Source: Octopus vulgaris
Lineage: Eukaryota
NCBI GenBank assembly: GCA_951406725.2
Contig: OX597821.1
Coordinates: 80,848,001-80,912,000, forward strand
Reading direction: 5' to 3'
DNA: 64,000 bases
Both the position numbers and the translations under genes were made by a program. Of this stretch, positions 13,382 to 25,130 are shown in pieces; position 1 is the stretch's first letter; each line of letters begins with the position of its first letter. Below the pieces are notes generated by a model. It was given only the letters and a program-made list of their open reading frames with translations, was not told the DNA's origin and searched no databases.

Positions 13382-14032
13382 CAGCACACAATTTAAAAGT
13401 TATTTTGTAAGCATATAATAACATTCGATTATATTGAAAATCGTTTCATACAAAACTTTTGAAAGTTTTACTCAATCTCACTGGACAGAATTGAAAATTC
13501 TATTAAGTACTTCGCAAAAACACACAACACTCACATTTTAAAAATACGAAATACTGATTAGAATACCAAGACCACAACTGCTAAGTTAATATCTACAGTG
13601 AAATTTCAGTGTCACAATCTAAAAATGGTATGAGAGTAAACAGAATGAAATAAAAACTAAACAAAATCATTGGTCAAACCAAAAGAACAAACAGAATACC
13701 ATTCATATTCGTTTGCTTTTCTTTCCCACATTTTTTTCCCTTTCTTTCCTACTTTTCATTTTAGGTCATTCTACTTTATTTTGTATCTTTTATCTCTTAC
13801 TTGTTTCAATCATTGGACTGCAGCCATTCTAGGGACATCACCTTGAAGGGTTTTAGTCTTTTTAATTCAAAGATTTCTGTTCACCGCCAATGATTTTGAT
13901 TTGGCCTTATCCTTTCCCTTAAAGTTGTGAAAATGGTAATGAAATCTAGATTTCAAATTTATTGCAGTAGCACCTATTACACTCCTCAGTAACTATGTAT
14001 TACTTAACATAAATATATATATATATATATAA

Positions 14033-14556
14033 ATATTATATAGAGGGTACTATAATTCATAGGTACTGCATGCTAGGAGGGACTTTTGCAGTCAAAACTA
14101 CTAAAATAAACAAGTTGGTACCGAAATGCATTGCGAATAAGCCCGCCATTTTCATAGATATGTAAAGATAAACACTCGTACATACTGCGGCGAATTCTAC
14201 GGTTGGCTGTCGGGTTTGTAATGTTGTGTTTTTTCTTATATGTCTTGAGTTCGTTGCACTGAAGAGCATAGAATGCATATTCTGCATTGATTGCGAAATC
14301 ACAGGTGATATGTAACTAAATTCTGTTTCTAAATGACTTGCTTTGAAGTTTTGCATTCGGTACAATTTGTTTATTTTAGTAGTTTTGACTGCAAAAGTCC
14401 CTCCTAGCGTGCGGTACCTATGAATAATAGTACCTTCTATATAATATAAATAAATATTTTCAAAGTGGAAAAATTTACAGATTTTTTCTCTTACGAGGTT
14501 TTTTACACTAACTACTGATAATTTCTTATAAAGATTTTATCCTTAATTTTAAATTT
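14033..14556 (+). mobile_element. (TA)n-flanked Penelope-like/retrozyme-type insertion with an inverted left arm
   Basis: Inverted repeat 14033-14130 / 14352-14447; hammerhead motif in the spacer. Confidence 0.75.
14247..14323 (+). ncRNA. Type I hammerhead ribozyme motif (C3-G8)
   Basis: GTTGCA-CTGAAGA-GCA...TGC-GAAA-TCAC-ag-GTGA-TA^-TGTAAC; all three stems pair; predicted cleavage after 14310. Confidence 0.85.
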
Positions 14557-14936
14557 ATATATATATATATATACTCGGACATATATTTATATGTATGCAT
14601 GTGTGTGTGCGTGTGTGTGTTAAATTTTATCATTTAATTCTGTTTGTTATAAAAATTATCTTTTCTCATAGACTCATTGTATTTTCGCCAAAATATTTGG
14701 CAGAACACCGCCAGAAGAAATGAAATGAATAACTAACAATATGAATTTATGGAATGTTATCTAATATTTTATGTAATATTCTCGTATTTGGAATAAACCA
14801 CGCTGTTGAAACTCGTGTTGTGATGGTTTGAGCTAGCCATTTGTTCTTATTTACTACACACATGCACATGCTCGCACGCACATACACACATGCATATATA
14901 CACACACATATGCATTATATATATATATATATATAA

Positions 14937-15232
14937 TGCCTTGTGAGTGGATTTGGTAGACGGAAACTGATAGAAGCCTGTCGTATATATGTATATATAT
15001 ATATGTATGTGTGTGTTTGTGTGTCTGTGTTTGTCCCCCTAGCATTGCTTGACAACCGATGCTGGTGTGTTTACGTCCCCGTCACTTAGCGGTTCGGCAA
15101 AAGAGACTGATAGAATAAGTACTGGGCTTACAAAGAATAAGTCCCGGGGTCGATTTTGCTCGACTAAAAGCGGTGCTCCAGCATGGCCGCAGTCAAATGA
15201 CTGAAACAAGTAAAAGAGAAAAGAGTAAAGAG
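14937..15232 (+). mobile_element. SINE family A, 3' part
   Basis: Ends TGACTGAAACAAGTAAAAGAG. Confidence 0.85.
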
Positions 15233-15242
15233 TATATATATA

Positions 15243-15490
15243 TGTTGTTGTTGTATTTAGGAATGGTCATTTTGCCAGTTTAACCAATAAAAACACACGC
15301 ACTATATATTTGGTGTTAATTTGCTTCAGCGTTATTTATTTTTTACATTAATCTTAATCTTATTTCGGCCACAGTTCTTTCGTCACACTTCTGTGACCTC
15401 ATCAGTGGTTCTTTGCTTTCTTCTTTCTTATTTGTGTGTCTCTCCTTACTAACGGTCAATGGCTGATCGTTAGTAAGGAGAGACATTTAT
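15243..15490 (-). mobile_element. (TA)-flanked pLTR-like fragment with a degenerate hammerhead core and a terminal hairpin
   Basis: Minus strand CTGATGA-GGTCACAG...CTGTGGCC-GAAA (15405-15363); 22-bp hairpin 15437-15485. Confidence 0.55.
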
Positions 15491-15638
15491 ATATATGTAA
15501 AATATGCTTGATTCATTTTATTTGTATCACAATGGAAAAGTAATGTGAATTAAAAGATAAAAAGATATGCCTATAAGAACAAGTGTAAAAGAAACCGCAT
15601 CAACCGCATCTTCTCCATTTTGTTTTATTGACTTTTTG

Positions 15639-15669
<31 letters not shown>

Positions 15670-16012
15670 AACATAAAAGACTTTCTCACCTTCCCAAGAA
15701 TCAAACTAACTATGACTTAACTTTCCTCTTACACAGTCTCCAAGGAAGGGATATTATTAATAAATATCCTAGAAACAGCTGTAAGACCTTCTATCAATAA
15801 ATGCTCTAATATCTATACAGCCTTGGTTTTTTATATCTTATTACGCAAAAAATTCTTATATACACACGCTGACATAGAACCAACGTTGAACCCTTTATTC
15901 GCAATATTACCGAATCTGGAACTTAACTATGGTCTGTCTATAGCACTTATTCAGCATTACCTGACACCTTTGGGTCTCAATGATACCATTATCTCCAATA
16001 TATATATATATA

Positions 16013-17235
16013 TTGGGTCATCCCATAAATAATGCAGTTTTTTCAATACTTCCTTTATTTTTCAGAATAAAGATAAACAAAGTTCATTTTGAATCTAAAA
16101 TATACTCTTTTTCATTATCTACAATGCTCTTCCATCTATCTGGTTGACTTGCAAGGCTCCGCTTCCAAAATTTGCTTATCTGTGATGAAAAATACTTCTT
16201 CAGTACTGTTCTGACCTCGTCTACAGAATTCATATATTTTCCCGTCCAAATGACTTTGAAGACTGCGGAATAAATGACAATCAGACGGGGCAACGTCCGG
16301 TGAATATGGTGAGTGACGCATCATTTCCCATTCAACTGCTCCTGCCCTTGGAATGTCATTTTTGCTGTATGTGATCGATAATTATCTTGATGAAAGAACA
16401 TCTTTCGTCTTCAAACCAAACATGGTCGTTTTTCTAGCGCTCGCAGTAGATCTCCTTTGCTATCGTTTAGTTTGGATTTACAAAATTCAAAGTATACTAA
16501 ACCTTTCATATCCTATCAAACAGATAACAACACCTTACGTGGGTGAAAACCTTCTTTAGCCTGGAGTGCCGGTGTTTTTCTTTTCCCTATCATCTGTGTT
16601 CGGCGTTTCGCATTATTATAGGGAACCCATTTCTCGTCACCAATCACTATTCGATCCAAAAAAGGTTCATTCGTGAGACACGACAGCAAGAAGAGCACAC
16701 ATTCGCTCTTTGCGCGCGATTAGACTCGGAAAGTTTGTGAGGAACCCATTGACCTAATATGCTGACTTTTCCGACAGCACGCAGGTGTCGTTGAATGGCT
16801 GAATGACCAAATCCAAGTTTCTCTGCTAGTTCCTCAACAGTTACGATGGGATTTTGTTTCCCCAGGGTTTGCAGGACGTCCTTGTCGAGCTCTGCAGATC
16901 TTCCAGGACGAAGCTCATCTTCTTGGCTGCAGTTTCCGGCTCGGAATATCTGGAAATATCGTTGACACTGGCTTACGTTTATATTCCTTGCACTTTCCGT
17001 TGCCTTTATTGAACTCATAAAGCAAAATATGCCAAATATGCTCCTTTGTCATTTCCATCATTGCTTTGAAAAAATAACTGTTAAAATCGACTGCACTCTT
17101 CAAAACTTGCACTAAGAATAAGGTAAAATTACTACCTGCTTTTATAGCAAGTTGATGCAAGCAGTTTATGCCACCCCACTCCAACTTTTAGTTCATGAAA
17201 TTGAAAAAAACCGCATTATTTATGGAATGACCCAA
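16013..17235 (-). mobile_element. Full-length but degenerate mariner transposon
   Basis: TIRs TTGGGTCATCCCATAAATAATGC / GCATTATTTATGGAATGACCCAA in (TA)n; WVPHKL, GDEKWV, YSPDVAPSD motifs in broken frames. Confidence 0.92.
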
Positions 17236-17377
17236 AATATATATATATATATAGATGTATATTGTTTTATTTTGTTGGATTTAGATGTTCCTATTTAAGT
17301 AGTTAATAAATAATATGAATTGGTAATATCTGTAAGTCTATGATTGAAATGAATCTGTTCCTCCATTTTCTTATTTG

Positions 17378-18178
17378 TGTAAGCAATATGAACGCACGTG
17401 GTCGCATTGTGTAGGGAATACGATCGCACGTGGTTCTATTCTTAACGAATTATTACAAGCCATAAATACATGCAGTAACAACAGAACATAAGTGAATCGA
17501 CGACAAGTCTTGCTGTGGAGAGATAAATATTATTTATTTTACAACCGTGTCAATGTTAGGAGTTCGTAAACGTTAACACGTGTGTGCACATGCAACACGT
17601 GTTTGTGTCTGTGTGTTCGTTTGTGTGACAGAACAATCAGAGTGAATGCGTTTGGCATAGAAGGGTACAGAACATAGAATATATAATGGAAATTGGTTTA
17701 CTGTTCGTATGGCGAAGACGTTGGAAACGACTTGAAGTTGATACATGACGGTGGAGACGGCGAAGATAGTAGGCTTTCTGTGATTGTGTACATTAGCGTC
17801 GTAGCTAGTGGTAGCAGGAACAATCGTATATCGCTTGGTTGAGTAGCGCTGTGGCCTAAAGTTAGTTCTTAGAAGAACTGGAACCAAAGACAAAAAGTGT
17901 CTGAAAACACTCCTTTATATACCGGTTGGGTGGCTCAAACGAGCCTCAGAAATGGAATCTTAACCAAAGGCCGTGATTGGTTGTTTTGGGGACAGTGGAG
18001 CGAAAATAAGTAGAGACAAATCGCGTCACGTGTCAACCAATCAGGTTAGTGTTTACAACAGGAACAAGTTGGCCAAAGATGGCTGTAACCTCAAACGAGA
18101 TCATTTCTGCTTTGCCTAGTGAAGATATTAGAAATCGCTATAGTCATATTTCAAAATGGCTGAAACTGCCACGCTACA
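17378..18178 (-). mobile_element. Solo LTR, copy 1 (Gypsy-like)
   Basis: TGTA...TACA termini; TTTG on both sides (4-bp TSD); minus-strand TATATAAA (17921-17914) followed by AATAAA (17538-17533). Confidence 0.88.
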
Positions 18179-18180
18179 TT

Positions 18181-18231
<51 letters not shown>

Positions 18232-18233
<2 letters not shown>

Positions 18234-19363
18234 CTGAATAGTTCAGTTCACGGTACTTCTTGACCTACTTTGCTTGGCTTAGAGACGGGAAGTCTGCAGT
18301 GTAAAGTTAAAGTCCTTTGTTTACTGGAAGAGTAATGGGTTTTTGGAGGGACCTTTGGCTTTGCCGGTCGATTGGCGGTCAGAGAGATGTGAAGTAGGAG
18401 AAAGATAGAGTAAGGAATCTGAGAGCAGATAGAGAGGATGACAGCAGCAGCGCAATAAAGATAGAGTAGGGAATCTGAGAGCAGATAGAGAGGGTATAAG
18501 CAGTAGAGACAGATGGAGATTAGGATAGTGGGAAGGAGAGAGCAAGTGAGGTTTTGAGGCAGTTGGTATTCGGTCGTCAAAGAGGACAGACGGATTTTGG
18601 AAGTCAGGGCAAGCAAGTTGGGATGCGAGAGCTTGGCAGGTTGGAGCTAGTAGCGACAGAAGGGTATATATACAGAGGAATGAGCGGTACAGAGAGAGAT
18701 GAAGTGCAGGATGGGACACTGGCTATTCAATTAGGAATTAAGGTATTTGATTATGTATTGATACGTGTCACGATGTAAAGAGACAGTGAAAAGAAATGAG
18801 ACAGTGAAATGAACAATGTGAATTGAGTCAAGGACTTGTCGATGTGTCGATTATCGAGTTGTGGTATTTATGTTCAGAATTGTGTTGATATGTGTAGAAA
18901 AAGACTTTAAAGAACTGTGAATGTTATCTGCTGAGGTGATTTGGAAAAGAACTGTGTTTTCGGACGTGTACCTTTGAAATGCTGATATATATGACTTGTT
19001 GTGTCGTTACCGGACTGTTATATTGTTACTTGCATGTTTAAATGCTTTGATCTGTGGTATGCCCGTATGATGTATTGATTTGTTGTTTCCTTTAAATGCT
19101 TTGATGTTGTAACAATTGATTGTCATATAAACTAGTTGTTGAAGGTAAGCCAGTTGTTGCCGTTTTGCCTCTTTGTGTCTCTCTCGGTTGCCCCTCGGTA
19201 TCTCTCTATGCTGCTGCGGTTGTTCTTGTTGTGTTGTATCTCTCCTCTCTCCTCTTTGGGATCCGTGGCGAACTTGCGCCGTTCGGGCGAGCGGCGAGGA
19301 CGGGTGATTCCGTAACAATATTAAGAACAATCTTACTTAGAAATGGATGCGTGCGTTCCGTCA
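18232..19363 (-). mobile_element. Degenerate retroelement fragment abutting (TA)n, possibly a Penelope-like 5' region
   Basis: Strong strand asymmetry, CpG-rich end next to the 19364 palindrome; no diagnostic motif recognised. Confidence 0.3.
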
Positions 19364-19735
19364 TATAATAAATTAATAAATAAATAAAACATATGCATAT
19401 ATACATACATATATGTACATACCTACCTCTACATGTATATATACATGCATATATGGGTACAGGACACCAAAAAAACGTCGAACACAATGAGAAACGAAAA
19501 CATAAACACAAAACCAAGGAAATGGACATTTTTCTTAAACAACGAAAAAATAGAGTACAGGACATACAGTTTAAGAAAAATGTCCATTTCCTTGGTTTTG
19601 TGTTTATGTTTTCGTTTCTCATTGTGTTCGACGTTTTTTTGGTGTCCTGTACCCATATATACATGTATATATATACATGTAGAGGTAGGTACGTACATAT
19701 ATGTATGTATATATGCATATGTTTTATTTATTTAT

Positions 19736-19745
<10 letters not shown>
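19364..19745. repeat. Near-perfect ~175-bp inverted repeat with a 28-nt spacer
   Basis: Arms 19364-19540 and 19569-19745; explains the mirrored ORFs in the track. Confidence 0.95.
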
Positions 19746-19783
<38 letters not shown>

Positions 19784-19785
19784 AT

Positions 19786-19842
<57 letters not shown>

Positions 19843-19999
19843 ATATATATATATACACACATACATACATACACACACGCACACACACACATACATACAC
19901 ACATGCACATACATACATACATACATACATACATACATACATACATACATACATACATACATACATACATACATGCATGCATGCATGCATGCATATGTG

Positions 20000-21020
20000 T
20001 ATTATTTTCCTTTGTAGGTGGAATAAACATCAGAGATATTTTTCCTCAACCAGAAACTGCAGAAACTACTCAGAGGTTTGTCACAATATCTTCCGTATTT
20101 TGATGTTGACTTTCTGCTTGTAGAAAACTCGTTAAGTCTCGGATAGAGTCTGGCCGTATATTTTTTCCAAGCACCATTCAAATTTGAGGGTTTCATTTCA
20201 CCCTATGAATCAACAGCATTATCCATAACATCCATTATGTTGAACTTCTCTCACTGTACGTTTAACTTTCCTGACAATAACTTTCATAAATTGTTTGAAA
20301 GTTCTTTTCAAATAGTATACCTTGAAGTTAGTTATCATACCTTGATCCAAAAACGTTGTATCCTTGGGGATGTACCTTATTTTCTCATTATCAGAAAACC
20401 CATTTAAGTTTGCTAGATTACTTGGTGCAGTGTTTGAAAGGAGCAATGTTTTGTAGGAAATATCACGTCTGAAGCTAACCTTTCTGGACCTTGACAAAAA
20501 TTATTTGTAAACCACTCTTTGAAAAGGCTTTTAGTCATCTATGCCTTCTTATTTGAATGTCAAATCAGAGCTAAATCAAACTTTGTATAACTCTTGAAAG
20601 CCCTTGAATTTTCGGGGCGATACACGAATATTAAAAGCTTTAATTTCATATCACCAGCAGCATTGTTTGGGAGTTTTCATATCACCAGGCAATGTTTGGA
20701 AGCTTTAAATATTGGTGTTGATTTTTCTTCTAGCAAAATAAAAGTACATGTAGACGTTTTCTTCCAGAAAAGTGTAGTTTTATGTACAGTGTGTAGCCAC
20801 CCCCTCAGCAATCATTGTTTTTTTCTCTACTGTCTATGATAATTAATTGCAGTCTTTATTTCAATATTGGCAGTTTTAGCTGTTATTTTTATGCTGTGCA
20901 GGTTAAAGCGCTTCTCAAACTTTTCGGACTATTCTTTACCAACCAAGAAAGGTTTTTCATCAGAAATTTCCTCTTCCTTTTTCTGAAAATCCTTGAACAA
21001 ACTTTTGGCATCTTTTAATT
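20000..21020 (-). pseudogene. Degenerate Tigger/pogo DDE transposase
   Basis: GDMKLKLL..Y..ENSRAFK, SNKKA.MT..LFKEWF, KTLLLSNTAPS, IPKDTT..DQGMITNFKVYY remnants. Confidence 0.8.
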
Positions 21021-21282
21021 ACCATCTTGCTTTCTAGCATATTCCTTTGACTAAGATATTTGAGCCATAAACTGTCTTATTCTAATTACCCTATTAGATC
21101 TATGAAAGTCAAATTAAGTGCGAACAGTCAACACAGGAACGTCTTGAGTATATAACTTGTCTCTTTGTTGTACTAAATAAAGTTTTTTTTTCTCCAAACT
21201 TAGTAAATATTAGGTCTAACATTTTCTTTTAATTCAACTTATTAAAATAATCACCACTACTAGTCAATTATGATTATATATA

Positions 21283-22091
21283 TGTAATCAATATGAACGC
21301 ACGTGGTCGCATTGTGTAGGGAATACGATCGCACGTGTTCATATTCTTAACGAATTATTACAAGCCATAAATACATGCAGTAACAACAGAACATAAGTGA
21401 ATCGACGACAAGTCTTGCTGTGGAGAGATAAATATTATTTATTTTACAACCGTGTCAATGTTAGGAGTTCGTAAGTGTTAACACGTGTGTGCACATGCAA
21501 CACGTGTTTGTGTCTGTGTGTTCGTGTGTGTGACAGATACAATCAGGGTGAATGCGTGTGGCATAGAAGGGTACAGAACATAGAATATATAATGGAAATT
21601 GGTTTACTGTTCGTATGGCGAAGACGTTGGAAGCGACTGGAAGTTGATACATGACGGTGGAGACGGCGAAGATAGTAGGCTATCTGTGATTGTGTACATT
21701 AGCGTCGTAGCTAGTTGTAGCAGGAACAATCGTATATCGCTTGGTTGAGTAGCGCTGTGGTCTAAAGTTAGTTCTTAGAAGAACTGGAACCAAAGACAAA
21801 AAGTGTCTAAAAACACTCCTTTATATACCGGTTGGGTGGCTCAAACGAGCCTCAGAAATGGAATCTTAACCAAAGGCCGTGATTGGTTGTTTTGGGGACA
21901 GTGGCGCGAAAATAAGTGGAGACAAATCGCGTCACGTGTCAACCAATCAGGTTAGTGTTTACAACAGGAACAAGTTGGCCAAAGATGGCTGTAACCTCAA
22001 ACGAGATCATTTCTGCCTTGCCTTTCAAATAGTGAAGATATTAGAAATCGCTATAGTCATATTTCAAAATGGCTGAAACTGCCTCGCTACA
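21283..22091 (-). mobile_element. Solo LTR, copy 2 (same family as 17378-18178)
   Basis: TGTA...TACA termini; TATA on both sides; nearly identical to copy 1. Confidence 0.88.
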
Positions 22092-22583
22092 TATATTAAT
22101 GGAAATGGATATATATATATTTATGTAAATGTAAAATGATTTCTATATTTTCTATTACTATATAAGATACAAATGTTTATTGAAATCATTTAGTTAATTG
22201 TGTAAAGAATATTTGCTTAGTTTTCTTGATGTAAAATCAGGATGCCAAGTAGTAGTAGGCATTGAAAACTCTAAGACATTAATAGCCTATAATTCCCCTA
22301 CCACTTAAACTTCAACAGGAATGACTTTTGACATTTATTTTACCCCTTCCTATATCTATAAATAGAAAAAAATTTTGTCTCCATCCAACCGAAAATCCCT
22401 CCATCCCCATTAACAGATCTAAATAACTAAAGGAAAAAAATCTATAGCCAGAAGGTAAATTTTAATACTATCATGTTCTCAACAATCAAATCAACCTCTG
22501 TCTGTATATCTACCCTCTTTATAATGTTGGCAAACGAAGTGGAAATTAGTATATGTATTGTCCGTTTGATGGAAGACTTCTAT

Positions 22584-22674
22584 AAATGGCTGAAGATTGC
22601 TCAACATTTTAAAACTGATGTAATACTTACAGTGTTTAATAAAATGAAATAGCATGAAACGATCGTACCAAATT
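22584..22674 (+). ncRNA. Type I hammerhead ribozyme motif with long stem II and palindromic stem III
   Basis: TGG-CTGAAGA-t-TGCT..CATTTTA...TAAAATG..AGCA-t-GAAA-CGATCG-TA^-CCA; element runs to (TA)n at 22803. Confidence 0.7.
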
Positions 22675-22800
22675 ACCGAAGATATACTTGTTGCTTATTT
22701 TGATTATAATTACCCCATGGATTTATATGGATAATACCATACAAAATCCTGGTGCCTCTGACTTAAGTACCATATTCATTTGAATCTAAATTTTGCTGAA

Positions 22801-22861
<61 letters not shown>

Positions 22862-22867
<6 letters not shown>

Positions 22868-23200
22868 TTATATGGCGGTTATTTTGAGTATTTGAGATCT
22901 CAATATGTGCTTCCAGATGGCGACAAGGATTTCTTACAATCACAGAAATGGTATAATGTTGAACCGCTGTTCTTGTTTGCAATATAAGACCCATGCTTCA
23001 CTATCATACAACCCAATTTTAAGAATATAAGTCATTTTGTCCTTGATCTTATGTTGATAGGCAGTTTCTGGGTGTCCTACTGTCTGTATATATGCTATAA
23101 CATGCTTACGTAAACTGCAACCTATTGTCAAAACTACTACCATATATGGTAATTTGATGGACTCGAACAAAACTGAAAGTTATCTTGATATTAAAATAAC
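22862..23200 (-). pseudogene. Degenerate Penelope-like GIY-YIG endonuclease 3' remnant
   Basis: SIKLPYMV..TIGCSLRKHV....GHPE....FNIIPF resembles the PLE GIY-YIG layout; ends at (TA)n. Confidence 0.45.
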
Positions 23201-23339
23201 GTAATTACTTTGCCAATGAAGGTAATTATAAAAAGCAGTGACATGTTCCAAACATCACGTGTAACACATATACGCATATTTTCACGAGAAAGTTAGGTTA
23301 AACCAAACATGGACATAGAAATAAAGATGAATTACTTAC

Positions 23340-23375
23340 TGTTTTTACAGGGTGCACAAGAGGCTGAGACTTGTC
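23340..23375 (-). CDS. Coding exon 2 (36 nt) of the same gene: (G)QVSASCAPCKN
   Basis: Acceptor ttatcttgcag|, donor |gtaagt, phase 1-1; completes a V-S-A signal-peptidase site. Confidence 0.75.
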
Positions 23376-24929
23376 CTGCAAGATAAACAACGTTAAAGTT
23401 AAGTTAGATATATATATTTGTGTGTGTATACAATGAACGAAACGTTAATATATGAGATCTGCAATAAATGCAACATATTTCTGATATATTTTGGGTGGAA
23501 TTTTAGTTAGCGATCGTTGAAATTTCCCTTTGGTGTTTTTCAGTTAAAATGGATTTGAATATGTTTAGAAAGAAACTATTTGAACAAAACATAAGTAGCG
23601 GTTGGATTCGATCCAGGTCTTGCCGCTTTGAAATCACAGTTCGACCATGTGCGCAAACTCAGTTGTTATCCAATCAACGGCTGCTGTTCACGTCATAGTT
23701 TGGTAGCTTGTCTAGATTTTCCGTGAACACAGAAATTTCGCAGAGTGTTGAGACCTCCAAGCTGCCATGACGTTCTCCACTCCCGCACTTTCAGAATGAG
23801 CCAGTTTCCCATTGGCGTTCACTCTCTTCATATCTGTTTGCACAGCTACATATTCAACCTAGGCCAATCGAAGAAGACACACCACAGTACAGTGACCAAA
23901 TGTTGAAAATTTCAAACAAAGACTTCCTGCGTCGCATACGTTGTTTCATCTGAATATTTCTTTGCTTGTATTGCATGAACACCTCTATATGAATGTAACA
24001 ATAGATTACGTTCTAAAACATATATAAAAAACATTTCTAACGTTTTACACGTGTATTACGGGAACCTATAAGCGGTTGGATTGCAGGGATTTATTGAAGT
24101 CACAGCTTAAACCTAGGTGACATGGAATACGGTGGAGCATTACAAATAAAGTTGAGCTGTTCGGAATCTAAATCATTTGATGTCTTCTGCTACAGATCTT
24201 TGTGTGAAATCATACATTAAACCATACTGGGTTGATTTTATCTACATAGCTTTGGATACACACTTAAACTGACGAATATTTATGAGGCCGCCCCAGATAA
24301 AATTATATAAAATATGCATAAAGTTGAAAGAATAAACGAAATAAAAAATAAAACAAAGGATGTGTTGTAGAAATAAGAATCTTGGAGAGACGCCAGGATC
24401 CCCGAGGTTTATACCAAATTAAATATCAATATGTACAACAATAATGGCAATCACAAATTAGTATTTCACAAAAAACTGTCGTCTAGTACAATTTATTTGT
24501 TGAGGTTTAAAAAACCCTGCACATCGTAATGTGATATATAGACTCTGTGAGTGCTTTTGCCCCTCTCAAAAATATACCTATTGCTATTCTGGACATACTG
24601 ACGAAAAAACGAGGACGTCTCAATATTTGTGAATGTAGTGACCTTCAAGAAAAACTAACTGGATTTCAAGTTGGTTTTCAACTTGGTTTTCAAGTTTAGT
24701 TCTTCTGCTCACGGACCAAAGTAGAAGATCTTAGTTGGGAGCAGTCCATTATCATCTTTTGTGCGTGTGCTTCCTTTGTTTCTGTTTTCTTTTGCTGGCA
24801 CTTAATAAAGCTCTTTTGGCCTTCCTAAAAACATATTCGGTATAATATCATTTGGAAGTTTTATAATGCATTGAAATAAGATATATTTCTTTTTATATTA
24901 TATTTTATAACATACTATTTCATATTATT

Positions 24930-25130
24930 AAGGCTGTGAGCTGGCCGGGAAAATGTTTAGTGCACGCCAGGGAAAATTTTTAATAGCATTTCGTCCGTCT
25001 TTACATTCTGAGATCAAATTCCGCCGAGGTCGACTTTGCCTTTCATCCTTTTGGGGTTCGATGGAATAAGATGTAATCGACTTTACTCCTTACACGAAAT
25101 TACTGGCCTTTTGACAAATTTTAGAACCAA
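24930..25130 (+). mobile_element. SINE family B
   Basis: GAGGTCGACTTTGCCTTTCATCC core. Confidence 0.8.

Noticed and set aside
17378-22091. Intact LTR retrotransposon
   Set aside because: Outer flanks do not match (TTTG vs TATA), each LTR has its own TSD, and there is no gag/pol inside
23500-24860. Complex non-repetitive stretch that might be a decayed DNA transposon or exons
   Set aside because: No open frame, motif or termini that I could support
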